Source of the DNA: Clostridia bacterium
Lineage (GTDB): Bacteria; Bacillota; Clostridia; Oscillospirales; JAAYXM01
DNA: 64,000 bases
Assembly (NCBI GenBank): GCA_017559855.1
Contig: JAFYQP010000053.1
Location: 27,103-91,102 of the forward strand
Direction of reading: 5' to 3'
Positions 20,152 through 31,071 of the stretch are shown piece by piece. A program made the translations under genes and the position numbers. Within the stretch, counting starts at the first letter, position 1; each line of letters begins with the position of its first letter. The notes under the pieces are model-generated. The model was not told the origin of the DNA. It made no database searches and was given only the letters and a program-made list of their open reading frames with translations.

Positions 20152-20154
20152 TTT

Positions 20155-20228
20155 TGGCAGCCGGACTAGGATTCGAACCCAGACAAACAGAGTCAGAGTC
20201 TGCTGTGCTACCCTTACACAATCCGGCT
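20155..20228 (-). tRNA. tRNA-Gln (anticodon CTG), CCA encoded
   Basis: Hand-folded 74-nt cloverleaf. Acceptor AGCCGGA/TCCGGCT, D-stem GTGT/GCAC, anticodon stem GCAGA/TCTGT with loop CTCTGAC, T-arm CTGGG-TTCGAAT-CCTAG, discriminator G, then CCA. Confidence 0.9.
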
Positions 20229-20250
20229 ATACTTTTGTGACAACTATTAT

Positions 20251-20278
20251 AGTATAACCGATTTTCAAAATTTGTCAA
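20251..20278 (-). promoter_or_regulatory. sigmaA promoter of tRNA-Gln
   Basis: Minus strand reads TTGACA-16 nt-TATACT. Preceded by an A/T-rich UP-like 18-mer (20280-20297). Confidence 0.65.
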
Positions 20279-20287
20279 CACTTTTTT

Positions 20288-20327
20288 GCAAAAAAATCCA
20301 CCCGAATTTTAATTTTCTTCGGGTGTG
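20288..20327 (-). terminator. terminator ending the glycogen operon
   Basis: CACCCGAA...TTCGGGTG hairpin followed on the minus strand by a T-run. Confidence 0.7.
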
Positions 20328-20366
20328 ATTTTTATTTGCATATAAGTTTCTTGTCATTTGTTAAAA

Positions 20367-22091
20367 TCAGGTATCCGTCCTCCGGGATGTTACAATCGTA
20401 TATCCGAAATGAGTTCGGTATCTTCTGCCGCCAAGTGCATCATACAGGTCTGTATTTGTTTTTAAATACAGTTTCCGCTCACCATTTGCGACACAGAAAA
20501 TAACCCTTTGTCTCTTAGATGCTCGCTGGGTAATAAGGGCACCATTCTGGACACTTACCTCAAACTCACCCTCTTGGAGTGCTTTGGACTTATTTTTAAG
20601 AGTACCAAGTTTCCGATAGAACTCGCAAAGGTCATTATCTTCTCTGCCCCAGGGATAATATCCTCGGTTAAAGGGATCTGCACCGCCCTGCATTCCAACC
20701 TCATCACCGTAGTATATCGTAGGTGAGCCGGGATAGGAATATTGCAAGGTTGCAGCACGTTTAAGACGTGCCTTACCTATCTTGATTTCTTCATCACTAA
20801 GGCGGAAATATGCCTGATCTTCTCTTGACATTCCTCCCACATCGGGACGTGCAAGTGCGGTAAGAGCACGGACTGTATCGTGTGTTCCGATATGGTTCAT
20901 AAGACAATTTAAGACTTTTTTCGGATAATGAAGTGCGATGGTACGCATTATGTTTGCTGAATCTTCCGCACTCATCCAGCCGCTAACGAAACCTATTATC
21001 GCCTCTTTAATGGGGTAGTTCATTACACCGTCAAGTTCACGCTCGGTGAAATACTTGCGGCGAACCGAATACGCAACCTTATTAGAGGCATCTTCCCATA
21101 CCTCACCTATTATGAGGGCATCTTTCTTTTTACTCTTTACCACGTCGTAAAGATGAGCGATAAACTCATCGGGAAGTTCATCGGCTACATCAAGACGCCA
21201 ACCGGAAATGCCACAATCCATCCAATGTCTTGCAATATCCGCGATGTGTGCCTTGTAACTTTCCTCGTTTTCTTTTACCTGTGGCAGGGTTAAAATACCC
21301 CACCATGACTCGTAGGTATCGTTATAAAAATTAAACCAATTTCTATAGGGTGAGTCCCATGACTGATATGCACCGACGGTATCGTATCTGCCTTCGCGAT
21401 TAAAGTATATACTGTCGGAGCCGACGTGATTGAACACACCGTCTAAAATTACACGGATGCCAAAACGTTTTGCACTGCTGCACAGTTTTTTCAGGTCATC
21501 ATCATCGCCGAAATGGGAGTCGATTTTGGTGAAATCCGCAGTATTGTACTTGTGGTTTGACCACGCCTCGAAAATAGGACTTAAGTACAAGGTTTTAACA
21601 CCCAATGATTTAAAATACGGTAGTTTCTGACGAATACCTTCCAAATCGCCACCGAAAATGTCGCCATTGATTTCATCCGGGCGGAAGTTTGGTATATCCT
21701 CGGTATTATGATGCACATAAAAATCCGGATCGGTATCCAGTGCTTTGTCGCTGCCACGATTAAATCGGTCAACAAAAACATGGTAGGTAACGCCTTTGCC
21801 ATACCAATCGGGAGGCGTCACGTTCTTATCATACACCGAAAGTTGGTGCACTCCATCCCCTGCCGTATACCAATACAAACCTCGCATATCCGACGTATCC
21901 AGGTGGAATTCATACACATCCTCACCGTCATCCGTCAGGTCTACCCATTCCATTTTCTCGGTTATGTTAAAACTTCCGTCGTCTGAGTAAATATTCAAAT
22001 AAAGGCACGGATGTAAGCACCGAAGTGCGTGTGCCCTAAAGCACACGCACTCACCTTGCTCCGCCGTACCAAGCGGATTAAATTTTATCAT
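20367..22091 (-). CDS. GH13 alpha-glucosidase family enzyme (neopullulanase/cyclomaltodextrinase-like)
   Basis: GH13 regions I-IV: DGVFNHVG, GWRLDVADELP, IIGEVWED, MNHIGTHD. ATGA overlap with the glgP stop. Confidence 0.85.
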   Translation of the reverse strand: MIKFNPLGTAEQGECVCFRAHALRCLHPCLYLNIYSDDGSFNITEKMEWVDLTDDGEDVYEFHLDTSDMRGLYWYTAGDGVHQLSVYDKNVTPPDWYGKGVTYHVFVDRFNRGSDKALDTDPDFYVHHNTEDIPNFRPDEINGDIFGGDLEGIRQKLPYFKSLGVKTLYLSPIFEAWSNHKYNTADFTKIDSHFGDDDDLKKLCSSAKRFGIRVILDGVFNHVGSDSIYFNREGRYDTVGAYQSWDSPYRNWFNFYNDTYESWWGILTLPQVKENEESYKAHIADIARHWMDCGISGWRLDVADELPDEFIAHLYDVVKSKKKDALIIGEVWEDASNKVAYSVRRKYFTERELDGVMNYPIKEAIIGFVSGWMSAEDSANIMRTIALHYPKKVLNCLMNHIGTHDTVRALTALARPDVGGMSREDQAYFRLSDEEIKIGKARLKRAATLQYSYPGSPTIYYGDEVGMQGGADPFNRGYYPWGREDNDLCEFYRKLGTLKNKSKALQEGEFEVSVQNGALITQRASKRQRVIFCVANGERKLYLKTNTDLYDALGGRRYRTHFGYTIVTSRRTDT

Positions 22092-24490
22092 AATTCTAAC
22101 GGTTTAATACCCCAGATATTGGTTGCGTACTCATAAATACTGCGGTCTGCGGCAAAACGACCTGCTTTTGCAATATTTACAAGTGACTTGCTGTTCCAAG
22201 TGAGTTGGTCTGCATAGTCAGCACTAAGGGTATCTGCAACACGGCAATAATCCTCAAAGTCGGCAAGTAACATGTAGGTATCCTGCATAACAAGACTATT
22301 TACAACATTCGGATATGCGTCTCTGTGAATACCTGCACCGATACCGTTACGGATATGGTCGAGAATTCTGCGGAGTTCCGGATTGTGCTCATAGAAACTA
22401 TGAGGTGCATAGTTGTTTCTTCTCTGCTCAACCTCGTCACTTGTCATGCCGAAGATATAGATATTTTCACGGCCGACAGACTCGCAAATCTCAACGTTAG
22501 CACCATCAAGAGTACCTAAAGTGAGAGCACCGTTTAACATAAACTTCATATTACCGGTACCGGACGCTTCCTTACCTGCGATTGAAATCTGCTCAGATAC
22601 TTCTGCTGCGGGGATTAAACTCTCAGCAAGTGTTACGCTGTAATCCTCAAGGAATACAACCTGAAGGAACTTTGATGCAACGGGATGTGCCTCGATTTCA
22701 CTGCGTACGGAATGGATAAGTTTGATAATACGCTTAGCCATAACGTAGCCCGGTGCTGCCTTTGCGGCAAAGAAGTAAATCTTCGGCTGCCATTTGCCGT
22801 TGGGATTGTCAATGATTCTGTGATAATCACGCAGAATCTTAAGAATGTTTAAGAGCTGACGCTTATACTCGTGCAAACGTTTTGCCTGTACGTCGAAGAT
22901 TGCTCCTTCAATATTACGGATGTCGTAACGCTTAATAAAACGTTCCTTATTATTCTTTTTAATCTGCTCAAGTCTCTTTGCAACCTCTTTATCGTCCTTG
23001 AATTTCATAAGTTGCTCAAGTTCGTTGGGGTTCTTCAAATAGTCGCCGCCAATAAGTTCGAGAATGAGGTTATATAACTCAGGGTTAGACTGTGCACTCC
23101 AACGGCGGATAGCAATACCGTTTGTTACGTTTGTAAACTTTTCCGGATAAAGTGTGTAGAACTCGTTGAAAACATCGTCCTTTAATATCTCACTATGAAG
23201 TGCAGAAACGCCGTTTGTGGAGAATGTTGACGCAACACAAAGGTTTGCCATACGAACCTCATTATCGCAGATGATGGACATACGTTTAATACGTGCATCA
23301 TCGTACGGGATCTTCTCTCTGAGTTCGCATACAAAACGACGGTCAATTTCCTGAACAATCTGCCAAAGTCTGGGAAGAAGTGAACTAAAGAGCGGAACAG
23401 TCCAACGCTCAAGTGCCTCCGCCATAACCGTATGGTTTGTATAGGCAATTGATCTTGTAACAATGCTCCAAGCCTCATCCCAACCGAGACCTTCCTCATC
23501 CATAAGAATACGCATAAGTTCGGGAATTGCAACCGTGGGATGTGTATCGTTAATGTGAATAACAACGTGGTCTGCAAGGTTATGAACCGTACCATGACGT
23601 TTTTTATGCTCTGCAACGATAAACTGAATGGTTGCGGAGGTGAAGAAATACTGCTGCTTTAAGCGGAGAGACTTACCTTCCGGATGAGCATCCTCAGGAT
23701 AAAGAACCTTTGAAATTGCAGCCGCCATAGCCTCCTGCTCGGTTGCACGGACATACTGGCCCTTTGCGAAAAGATGCATGTCAATTGTCTCTTTACTCTT
23801 TGCACGCCATAATCTGAGCGGAGACACGGTTTTGCTCTTATAACCGGAAACGAACATATCGTGCGGTACTGCAAGAACTGCGTCATAGTCATGATGATGG
23901 AACGTCATGCGGTCATTTTCCCAACGCTCTTCAATCCAGCCACCAAAGCGAACTTCACGTGTTTCATCAAGATTCGGTATAAGCCATGCACCGCCGGTGT
24001 TAAGCCATACGTCCGGAAGTTCTACCTGTTCGCCTTCAACGATACGCTGTTTAAAAATACCGTATTCATAAAGAATGGAAAAGCCCCATGCGGGATATCC
24101 GCCGGTAGCAAGTGCGTCCTGATAACACGCAGCGAGACGGCCGAGACCGCCGTTACCGAGACCTGCATCACGCTCAATATCAAGAACCTCGTCAAGGTCA
24201 ACCTTAAATTGACTCTTAACACATTTTTTGAATGTGTCAAGAAGACCTAAGTTGAAGAGGTTGCTCTTTAAACTTCTACCAACTAAAAACTCCATAGAAA
24301 GGTAGTAAATCTGCTTCGGTGCGGTCTTATCCACCGCCTCTGCGGTCTTTACCCACTTTTCCATTAACATGTCACGCACTAAGAATGCACAGGTCATATA
24401 AACCTGTTCGATTGTAGCGTCCTCGGGGTCACGTCCAAAGTGACGGCGTAACTTGCCCTCGAGGGCGCTCTTTATTTCCTTTTGTGTCAT
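22088..24490 (-). CDS. glgP: glycogen/maltodextrin phosphorylase (GT35)
   Basis: 800 aa. EASGTGNMKFMLNGALTLGTLDGANVE (PLP Lys region). Confidence 0.95.
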   Translation of the reverse strand: MTQKEIKSALEGKLRRHFGRDPEDATIEQVYMTCAFLVRDMLMEKWVKTAEAVDKTAPKQIYYLSMEFLVGRSLKSNLFNLGLLDTFKKCVKSQFKVDLDEVLDIERDAGLGNGGLGRLAACYQDALATGGYPAWGFSILYEYGIFKQRIVEGEQVELPDVWLNTGGAWLIPNLDETREVRFGGWIEERWENDRMTFHHHDYDAVLAVPHDMFVSGYKSKTVSPLRLWRAKSKETIDMHLFAKGQYVRATEQEAMAAAISKVLYPEDAHPEGKSLRLKQQYFFTSATIQFIVAEHKKRHGTVHNLADHVVIHINDTHPTVAIPELMRILMDEEGLGWDEAWSIVTRSIAYTNHTVMAEALERWTVPLFSSLLPRLWQIVQEIDRRFVCELREKIPYDDARIKRMSIICDNEVRMANLCVASTFSTNGVSALHSEILKDDVFNEFYTLYPEKFTNVTNGIAIRRWSAQSNPELYNLILELIGGDYLKNPNELEQLMKFKDDKEVAKRLEQIKKNNKERFIKRYDIRNIEGAIFDVQAKRLHEYKRQLLNILKILRDYHRIIDNPNGKWQPKIYFFAAKAAPGYVMAKRIIKLIHSVRSEIEAHPVASKFLQVVFLEDYSVTLAESLIPAAEVSEQISIAGKEASGTGNMKFMLNGALTLGTLDGANVEICESVGRENIYIFGMTSDEVEQRRNNYAPHSFYEHNPELRRILDHIRNGIGAGIHRDAYPNVVNSLVMQDTYMLLADFEDYCRVADTLSADYADQLTWNSKSLVNIAKAGRFAADRSIYEYATNIWGIKPLEL

Positions 24491-24518
24491 ATATATCCCC
24501 TTTCACGATGAAAAACTC

Positions 24519-25946
24519 TTATAAGAGTTCACGGTATAACTCGGTGTATTTCTCTGCAGAGCGGGTCCATGAGAAGTCATACTTCATACCACGACGCATC
24601 ATTTTCTCCCATGAAGTGCGGTCGTCGTTCCAAAGGGAAATCGCATCACACAGAATGTTGAACATATCATTTGAATCGTACTGAGAGAAGGAGAAGCCAA
24701 GTCCTTCATTTGTATACTTGTTATACGGAATTACAGTATCACGGAGACCACCGGTTTCACGCACTACCGGAATTGTGCCGTAGTGCATTGCAATCATTTG
24801 TGCAAGGCCGCAAGGCTCACTCTGTGACGGCATAAGGAAAATGTCTGCAGCAGCGTAGAACTTCTGTGCAAGATCAGCATTAAAGCCGATGTTAACAGCA
24901 AGTTTTGTGGGATACTGCCATGCCTTATCACTTAAGAACTGCTCATACTGCCAATCACCGCTACCAAGCACAACAACCTGAACGTCCATATCGAGGAGGC
25001 GGTCAAGCACTTCACACACAAGATCCATACCTTTATGTTTTACAAGGCGTGTGACCATTGCGATAAGCGGAACATCGTCACGAACGGGAAGATTAACAAA
25101 TTCACGGACTGCATCCTTGTTTGCCTTTTTGTTCTTCAAACTACGGTCGGTATAGTTTTTAAAGATACGGGTATCGTTCTTAGGTGAAACACTCATATCA
25201 ATACCGTTTATGATACCGGAAACTTTATATGCCTCGCGGTTTAAAACGGACTCCAAACCGTGTCCGTATGCTGCGGTTTTAATCTCCTCTGCATAGGTAG
25301 GACTTACGGTTGTTACCTTATCTGCAAAGATGATTGCACTCTTTAAAAGGTTAACGTCGCCATCCTGACGCATTACGCCGTTATCAAATAATTCAAAGGG
25401 TAAGCCGAGAACGTTTTCCATAATATCACGGCCGAATCTTCCCTGATACTCGATGTTGTGGATGGTGAATACGGTCTTGATTCCTGCATATGCGGGATCA
25501 TTTGCGTATACGGTACGCAGATATACCGGTACAAGTGCGGTCTGCCAGTCGTGGCAATGGATTACGTCGGGCTTTTCGCCAAGTGTGCCGATGAGTGTAA
25601 GCACTGCACGGGAGAAGAATGAGAATCTCTCACCGTCATCATATGCACCGTACAGCGTTCCGCGTCTGAAATAGTACTCGTTGTCGATAAAGTACCAGGT
25701 AACGCCGTTTTCCTCAAGTTTGAAAATTCCGCAGTACTGACTACGCCAAGCAACCGGTACATACACGCTTGTAATAAAGGTCAAGCGTTCACGGACTTCC
25801 TGCGGTACCGCGTCGTATAACGGGAGGACGCAAGAAACCTCACAATCCTCGCTTGCAAGTGACGGCGGAAGTGAACCGATAACGTCGCCTAAACCGCCGG
25901 ATTTCACATAAGGAACTGCTTCAGATGCTGCAAATAATATCTTCAT
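24519..25946 (-). CDS. glgA: glycogen synthase (ADP-glucose type)
   Basis: MKILFAASEAVPYVKSGGLGDV N-terminus; 475 aa. Confidence 0.95.
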   Translation of the reverse strand: MKILFAASEAVPYVKSGGLGDVIGSLPPSLASEDCEVSCVLPLYDAVPQEVRERLTFITSVYVPVAWRSQYCGIFKLEENGVTWYFIDNEYYFRRGTLYGAYDDGERFSFFSRAVLTLIGTLGEKPDVIHCHDWQTALVPVYLRTVYANDPAYAGIKTVFTIHNIEYQGRFGRDIMENVLGLPFELFDNGVMRQDGDVNLLKSAIIFADKVTTVSPTYAEEIKTAAYGHGLESVLNREAYKVSGIINGIDMSVSPKNDTRIFKNYTDRSLKNKKANKDAVREFVNLPVRDDVPLIAMVTRLVKHKGMDLVCEVLDRLLDMDVQVVVLGSGDWQYEQFLSDKAWQYPTKLAVNIGFNADLAQKFYAAADIFLMPSQSEPCGLAQMIAMHYGTIPVVRETGGLRDTVIPYNKYTNEGLGFSFSQYDSNDMFNILCDAISLWNDDRTSWEKMMRRGMKYDFSWTRSAEKYTELYRELL

Positions 25947-25962
25947 ATTACTCTCTCCTTAC

Positions 25963-27081
25963 TTAAATTTTACTTCCCTTTGCAATAACAAGGGGATAAT
26001 TTGGTGCACCAACGATCTTCATACCGTTGGAGATAACAACATTTTTATCTGTGATACAGTTTTCAACAATTGCATCCTCACCTATTTCAGATGACTGCAT
26101 AATAATAGAATTGCGGATTACTGCACCCTTTCCAACCTTAACAGAGCGGAAGATGATAGAATTTTCAACCGTACCTTCAATGATACAACCATCTGCAATC
26201 ATTGAATTCTCAACAATAGCATTCTCACCGTGTTGTGTCGGCATTTCGTCACGAACTTTGGTGTAAATCTTGTCACCCATGAAGAGGTCGTTTCTGATAT
26301 CCGGATCAAGAAGTGCCATATTCGCATTGTGGAAGGTTTCGATAGAGTCTACCTTCTCCACATATTCGTCACAGCACCAACCGTAAATATCAAGGTCGTC
26401 CGCCATTTCCTGAAGGATATTACGCTCAAAATCAAGTTTGTTGTGTGCCATACACTGACTGATAAGAAATTCAAGAAGTTCACGCTCGATAATATAAATA
26501 CCAAGCGCCATCTTACTGTGTAACTGTATACCCTGATCGATGGTAACGTCGATTACACGTCCGTTTTCATCGGTTTCAAGGAATGCATTGCCGTGGAAAC
26601 GTGACGGATCAAACACGTCTTTTTGATAAGCGACGGTAAGATATGCGTGTTTTTCTATATGGTATTCTAAAAGTTTATTGTAATCAATATTTCCCACAAT
26701 ATTTGAATCACACACCAAAACGTATTTTGCACGGCTGCGTTTGATGTAGTCAAGCATACTGTAGAGTGTTTCGACCTTACTTGCACCTGCAAGGGAGCCG
26801 GTGATTGAGCCGGACTGCGGGAAAACGGTGAGACCGCCTTTTTTACGGTTTAAGTCCCAAATTTTACCGGATCCGATATGGTCCATAAGAGAGTAGAAAT
26901 TACTTCTTGTGGAAATACCAACCTCACGTACACCGGAATTTACAAGGCTTGATAAGGTAAAGTCGATAAGGCGGTAACGACCGCCGAAGGGAACGGAAGC
27001 GATTGTTCTGTGCATTGTGAGTTCACGCATTGCATTAAAGCGTTCCTGAACCAAGATGATACCTAAAGTTTCCTTCATCAT
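25963..27081 (-). CDS. glgD: glucose-1-phosphate adenylyltransferase subunit GlgD
   Basis: 372 aa. VPFGGRYRLIDFTLSSLVNSG. C-terminal left-handed beta-helix repeats. Located after glgC as in Bacillus. Confidence 0.9.
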   Translation of the reverse strand: MMKETLGIILVQERFNAMRELTMHRTIASVPFGGRYRLIDFTLSSLVNSGVREVGISTRSNFYSLMDHIGSGKIWDLNRKKGGLTVFPQSGSITGSLAGASKVETLYSMLDYIKRSRAKYVLVCDSNIVGNIDYNKLLEYHIEKHAYLTVAYQKDVFDPSRFHGNAFLETDENGRVIDVTIDQGIQLHSKMALGIYIIERELLEFLISQCMAHNKLDFERNILQEMADDLDIYGWCCDEYVEKVDSIETFHNANMALLDPDIRNDLFMGDKIYTKVRDEMPTQHGENAIVENSMIADGCIIEGTVENSIIFRSVKVGKGAVIRNSIIMQSSEIGEDAIVENCITDKNVVISNGMKIVGAPNYPLVIAKGSKI

Positions 27082-27096
27082 AACGACGACACCCCC

Positions 27097-28284
27097 TTAT
27101 TCATCTGCCGCAAGCATTTCGCCTGCGGGAATTTTTCCGTTAGGTGCGATTACCACACCGCTGCCTAAAACGGCTATCTTTTTATCAGGTGAAATTGCCT
27201 CGCCGACAACCGCACCCTCGTTTACGATAACATGCTCTGCCAAGATGGAGCAATCAATGGTTGCGCCCGCTTTTATAATACTGCCCGGCATAATGATTGA
27301 ATCACGAACAACCGCACCTTTCTCAATCGTTACACCGTAGAAGATGATTGAGTTAACAACCTCGCCCTCTATGTTACAACCTTCTGCAACAAGTGAGTGG
27401 CAAACTTTCGCACCCTTTGCAACATATTGCGGCGGAAGAGCGGGATTTCGTGCGTAAATACGCCAATATTCATCGTGGAGGATGAGACCGCTTCCCTTGC
27501 GGAGAATGTCCATATTAGCCTCCCAAAGACTGTCTATGGTACCTACGTCCTTCCAATAACCTTTATATTCATAAGCGAACATATTAAGATTATCTGCAAG
27601 CATTTTCGGAATAATATCGTGGCCAAAGTCGTTCTTACTGTTCTCGTCACGCTCGTCCTCGATAAGATAACGGCGAAGAACCTGCCAATTGAAGATATAA
27701 ACACCCATGGATGCTTTTGTGCTCTTGGGGTTCTTGGGCTTTTCCTCAAACTCATAAATACGGTTATCATCGTGGGTATTCATAATACCGAAACGTGATG
27801 CTTCCTCAAGAGGAACGTCAATTACCGCAATTGTACAGTCCGCACCTTTCTCCTTATGTTCTTTGAGCATCCAGTCATAATTCATTTTGTAGATATGGTC
27901 ACCGGACAACACAAGAACATAATCCGGATCATAGGTATCAACGAAGTTAATGTTCTGGCAAACCGCATTTGCAGTACCCTTGTACCAATCACCTCTGGTA
28001 CTTGTCATATACGGCGGTAGAATTGCTACACCGCCACGGGTACGGTCAAGGTCCCAGGGTTGGCCGTTACCGATGTAGGTATTCAGTTCAAGAGGTTGGT
28101 ACTGTGTAAGTACGCCAACGGTGTCGATACCGGAGTTTACACAGTTAGACAGCGGGAAATCGATAATGCGATATTTGCCGCCAAAAGGAACAGCAGGCTT
28201 TGCAACGTTCTTGGTAAGTACACCAAGACGGCTTCCCTGTCCGCCTGCAAGCAGCATTGCGATACATTCTTTCTTTGTAGTCAT
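27097..28284 (-). CDS. glgC: glucose-1-phosphate adenylyltransferase GlgC
   Basis: AAAGGAGAG RBS then ATG 28284 ([20 protein letters not shown]). [19 protein letters not shown]. Confidence 0.95.
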   Translation of the reverse strand: MTTKKECIAMLLAGGQGSRLGVLTKNVAKPAVPFGGKYRIIDFPLSNCVNSGIDTVGVLTQYQPLELNTYIGNGQPWDLDRTRGGVAILPPYMTSTRGDWYKGTANAVCQNINFVDTYDPDYVLVLSGDHIYKMNYDWMLKEHKEKGADCTIAVIDVPLEEASRFGIMNTHDDNRIYEFEEKPKNPKSTKASMGVYIFNWQVLRRYLIEDERDENSKNDFGHDIIPKMLADNLNMFAYEYKGYWKDVGTIDSLWEANMDILRKGSGLILHDEYWRIYARNPALPPQYVAKGAKVCHSLVAEGCNIEGEVVNSIIFYGVTIEKGAVVRDSIIMPGSIIKAGATIDCSILAEHVIVNEGAVVGEAISPDKKIAVLGSGVVIAPNGKIPAGEMLAADE

Positions 28285-28288
28285 ACTA

Positions 28289-30163
28289 TTATCTCTCCTT
28301 TGCTGATTTTTTACGTTCACGTTTATATACTGTCACGCTCATAGGTAATATATCTGTAACTATTCCGTGTGAGTACTCACCGTATTGCATCTTGGAACTT
28401 GAAACGACTTGCAAGTTATGACCTGCACCGCCAAATCGCTCCTCCTCGGTGGTGAACACCGGAACATAATTACCGGAACTTAAAACGGGAATTGTTGCCG
28501 CCTCCCATTTGACGGGCGAGAAGTTGCATATAACAACGAGTGTCTCGCCTTTTTTGTTTCTTCTAACAAAGGCCAATATGTTTCTGTCATTCTCGTCAGG
28601 CAAGAGCCATCTGAAACCGTCCCAACTGTCCTCAATCTGCCAGAGTTGTGAATTGCTCAAATAAAATCCATTGAGTTCTTTTATGAAGGTATGGTGCTTT
28701 TTATGCATATCATACTCCAAAAGGAACCAATCAAGTTGCTTTTTATAATCCCATTCGATAAACTGACCAAATTCACTACCCATAAAATTCAGTTTCTTGC
28801 CGGGATGCATCATCATATAACCAATCATAGCACGAAGTCCCGCAAATTTTTGCAGATATTCGCCGGGTTGCTTTTCAATAAGTGAACACTTGCCGTGTAC
28901 CACCTCGTCATGGGAGAACGGTAGGACAAAGTTCTCGGAAAAAGCGTATGTTAAAGAGAAGGTTAATTTATTGTGACATCCGCTTCTGAAATACGGATCG
29001 GTGGAAAAATAGGAAAGCGTATCGTTCATCCAACCCATATTCCATTTAAAGTTAAAACCAAGACCGCCGTCATACGGGGGTTTTGTAACCATCGGCCATG
29101 CGGTTGATTCTTCCGCGATCATCAGTGTTTCCGGGAATTTGGAAAGCACCGCACTATTGAGTTCGCGAAGGAACGAGATCGCCTCCAAATTTTCGTGCCC
29201 ACCGTAGCAATTAGGTCTCCACTCGTCACGGTCGTAGTCGAGATACAACATACTTGCAACCGCATCGACACGAATACCGTCAAAGTGATACTTATCTATC
29301 CAGAACGTAGCGCTTGAAATAAGAAATGACCTTATCTCATGCCGTCCGTAATCGAAAACATGTGTGCCCCAGCCTTTATGTTCACGCTTTAGAGGATCTG
29401 TGTATTCATAAAGCCAACTTCCGTCAAAACGGTATAGACCATGCTCATCCTTCGGGAAGTGAGCCGGTACCCAGTCGACTATAACGCCGATTCCGTTCTG
29501 ATGGCACATATCCACAAAATACATAAGATCATGTGGTGTACCGAAACGGGAGGTTGGCGCAAAGTAACCGCTAACCTGATAGCCCCACGAACCGTCATAC
29601 GGAAATTCCGTTATTGGCAGAAGTTCGATATGGGTGTATCCCATTTCTTTTACATACTCTACAAGTTCGTGTGCAAGTTCCCGATAGGTGTAAGGATTGC
29701 CGTCCTCGTGCAGACGCCATGATGCAAGCTGCACCTCGTAAATATTCATCGGGCGGTTATAAGGCATATGTTTCTTTTTATATTTTATCCAATTGCCGTC
29801 GCCCCACTCATACCCGTTTATGTCGTAGAGTTTTGACGCAGTACCCGGACGAGTCTCACAATGATATGCATACGGATCGGCTTTCAGATGAACCTCACCG
29901 TCCTCGCCGCAGATGGCATATTTATAGGCATCGTAGACACGGAGATTGGGAATGAATGTTTCCCAAATTCCAACGTCGTTTCGTGACATTGAGTTTGCAC
30001 TTTGATTCCATTCATTAAAATCGCCGACAACCGATACCCACTTGGCATTTGGTGCCCAAAGGGTGAATCGTACGCCGCCGTCCTCAAAATGTGAACCGAG
30101 GTTATTGTATACGCTATAATTATCACCGGCGTAAAATTTCTCCGCCCATGAATTGTCTCTCAT
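28289..30163 (-). CDS. glgB: 1,4-alpha-glucan branching enzyme
   Basis: 624 aa. GH13 motifs [34 protein letters not shown]. Confidence 0.95.
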   Translation of the reverse strand: MRDNSWAEKFYAGDNYSVYNNLGSHFEDGGVRFTLWAPNAKWVSVVGDFNEWNQSANSMSRNDVGIWETFIPNLRVYDAYKYAICGEDGEVHLKADPYAYHCETRPGTASKLYDINGYEWGDGNWIKYKKKHMPYNRPMNIYEVQLASWRLHEDGNPYTYRELAHELVEYVKEMGYTHIELLPITEFPYDGSWGYQVSGYFAPTSRFGTPHDLMYFVDMCHQNGIGVIVDWVPAHFPKDEHGLYRFDGSWLYEYTDPLKREHKGWGTHVFDYGRHEIRSFLISSATFWIDKYHFDGIRVDAVASMLYLDYDRDEWRPNCYGGHENLEAISFLRELNSAVLSKFPETLMIAEESTAWPMVTKPPYDGGLGFNFKWNMGWMNDTLSYFSTDPYFRSGCHNKLTFSLTYAFSENFVLPFSHDEVVHGKCSLIEKQPGEYLQKFAGLRAMIGYMMMHPGKKLNFMGSEFGQFIEWDYKKQLDWFLLEYDMHKKHHTFIKELNGFYLSNSQLWQIEDSWDGFRWLLPDENDRNILAFVRRNKKGETLVVICNFSPVKWEAATIPVLSSGNYVPVFTTEEERFGGAGHNLQVVSSSKMQYGEYSHGIVTDILPMSVTVYKRERKKSAKER

Positions 30164-30198
30164 AGCATACTACCCCCTTTTACATTATTATAAATATT

Positions 30199-30227
30199 AG
30201 TATAACACTTTAATTCACCAAATGCAA
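30199..30227 (-). promoter_or_regulatory. promoter of the glg operon (sigmaA-like)
   Basis: Minus strand reads TTGCAT-17 nt-TATACT. It can also be read as a weak sigmaE-type GCATTTG-N14-TATACTAA. Confidence 0.55.
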
Positions 30228-30238
30228 ACATTTAAACA

Positions 30239-30280
30239 CAAAAAAACCGCAGAATTTTCATTTTTTCTGCGGTTTTTTGT
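30239..30280. terminator. bidirectional terminator between the CAP gene and glgB
   Basis: AACCGCAG...CTGCGGTT hairpin flanked by A6 and T6 runs. Confidence 0.75.
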
Positions 30281-30291
30281 TAACCCTGAGT

Positions 30292-30906
30292 CTACCCTAT
30301 GAAATTTTGTGTCCAATAAGTTTTATATCCGCTACTTGACGATACATATCCGACTCCGAGTTTGGTGTAATTGTTGTTTAAAATATTGGCACGATGCCCC
30401 TCGGAATTCATCCACGCATTGACTACTTCCTGCGGAGTCTTCTGCCCTGCCGCTATATTCTCACCTGCACTGCGATAACTTATACCTGCAGCTTGAATTC
30501 TATTAAAAGGTGTCTTACCATCGGGGTTGTTGTGTGAGAAAAATCCTCTGTTTGCCATATCCTGCGAGTGTGCTCTTGCAACGTTTGCCAGAGCATTATC
30601 CCAAGAAAGCGGTTTAAGCCCGTGCTTTGCACGTTCTGCATTTACAAGTTCAAGCACCTGCAGTTCATATTCACTTCCGATATTTTCAGAGGGTTTTTCA
30701 ACCTCAGGAGCATCCGGTTTTTCCGAACTGTCAGGTTTTTGCGGAAATTGCGGTATCTGCGGTATTTGCGGTTTCTGTGTGCATATTATATTGCACAACC
30801 ATTTGCAACCGTCAACTTTTACAAAACTTGCCGCCTGACTTTTTCCTGTAAGTGAAACTATGGCGACAAGGCTAAGGCATACTGCCGCTGCTTTTTTCAT
30901 TTTCAT
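30292..30906 (-). CDS. secreted CAP/SCP (YkwD-like) domain protein
   Basis: AAAGGAGAT RBS. Start taken at MKMKKAAAV (30906). Signal peptide, PQIPQIPQFPQKP mini-repeat, then CAP domain LVNAERAKHGLKPL...GHRANILN...GVGY. Confidence 0.8.
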   Translation of the reverse strand: MKMKKAAAVCLSLVAIVSLTGKSQAASFVKVDGCKWLCNIICTQKPQIPQIPQFPQKPDSSEKPDAPEVEKPSENIGSEYELQVLELVNAERAKHGLKPLSWDNALANVARAHSQDMANRGFFSHNNPDGKTPFNRIQAAGISYRSAGENIAAGQKTPQEVVNAWMNSEGHRANILNNNYTKLGVGYVSSSSGYKTYWTQNFIG

Positions 30907-31071
30907 AATCATATCTCCTTTCAACATATGGTTGCACATACAAAGCCGGCACATTATGTACATACAACTCTTATCAAATCGCAAACTAATTAAACGACTT
31001 GACGGTGGTATTCTAACATTTTGTGACGGTTTTTTCAACATTTTGTGCCATGTAACTTGCGGTAACAAAGG

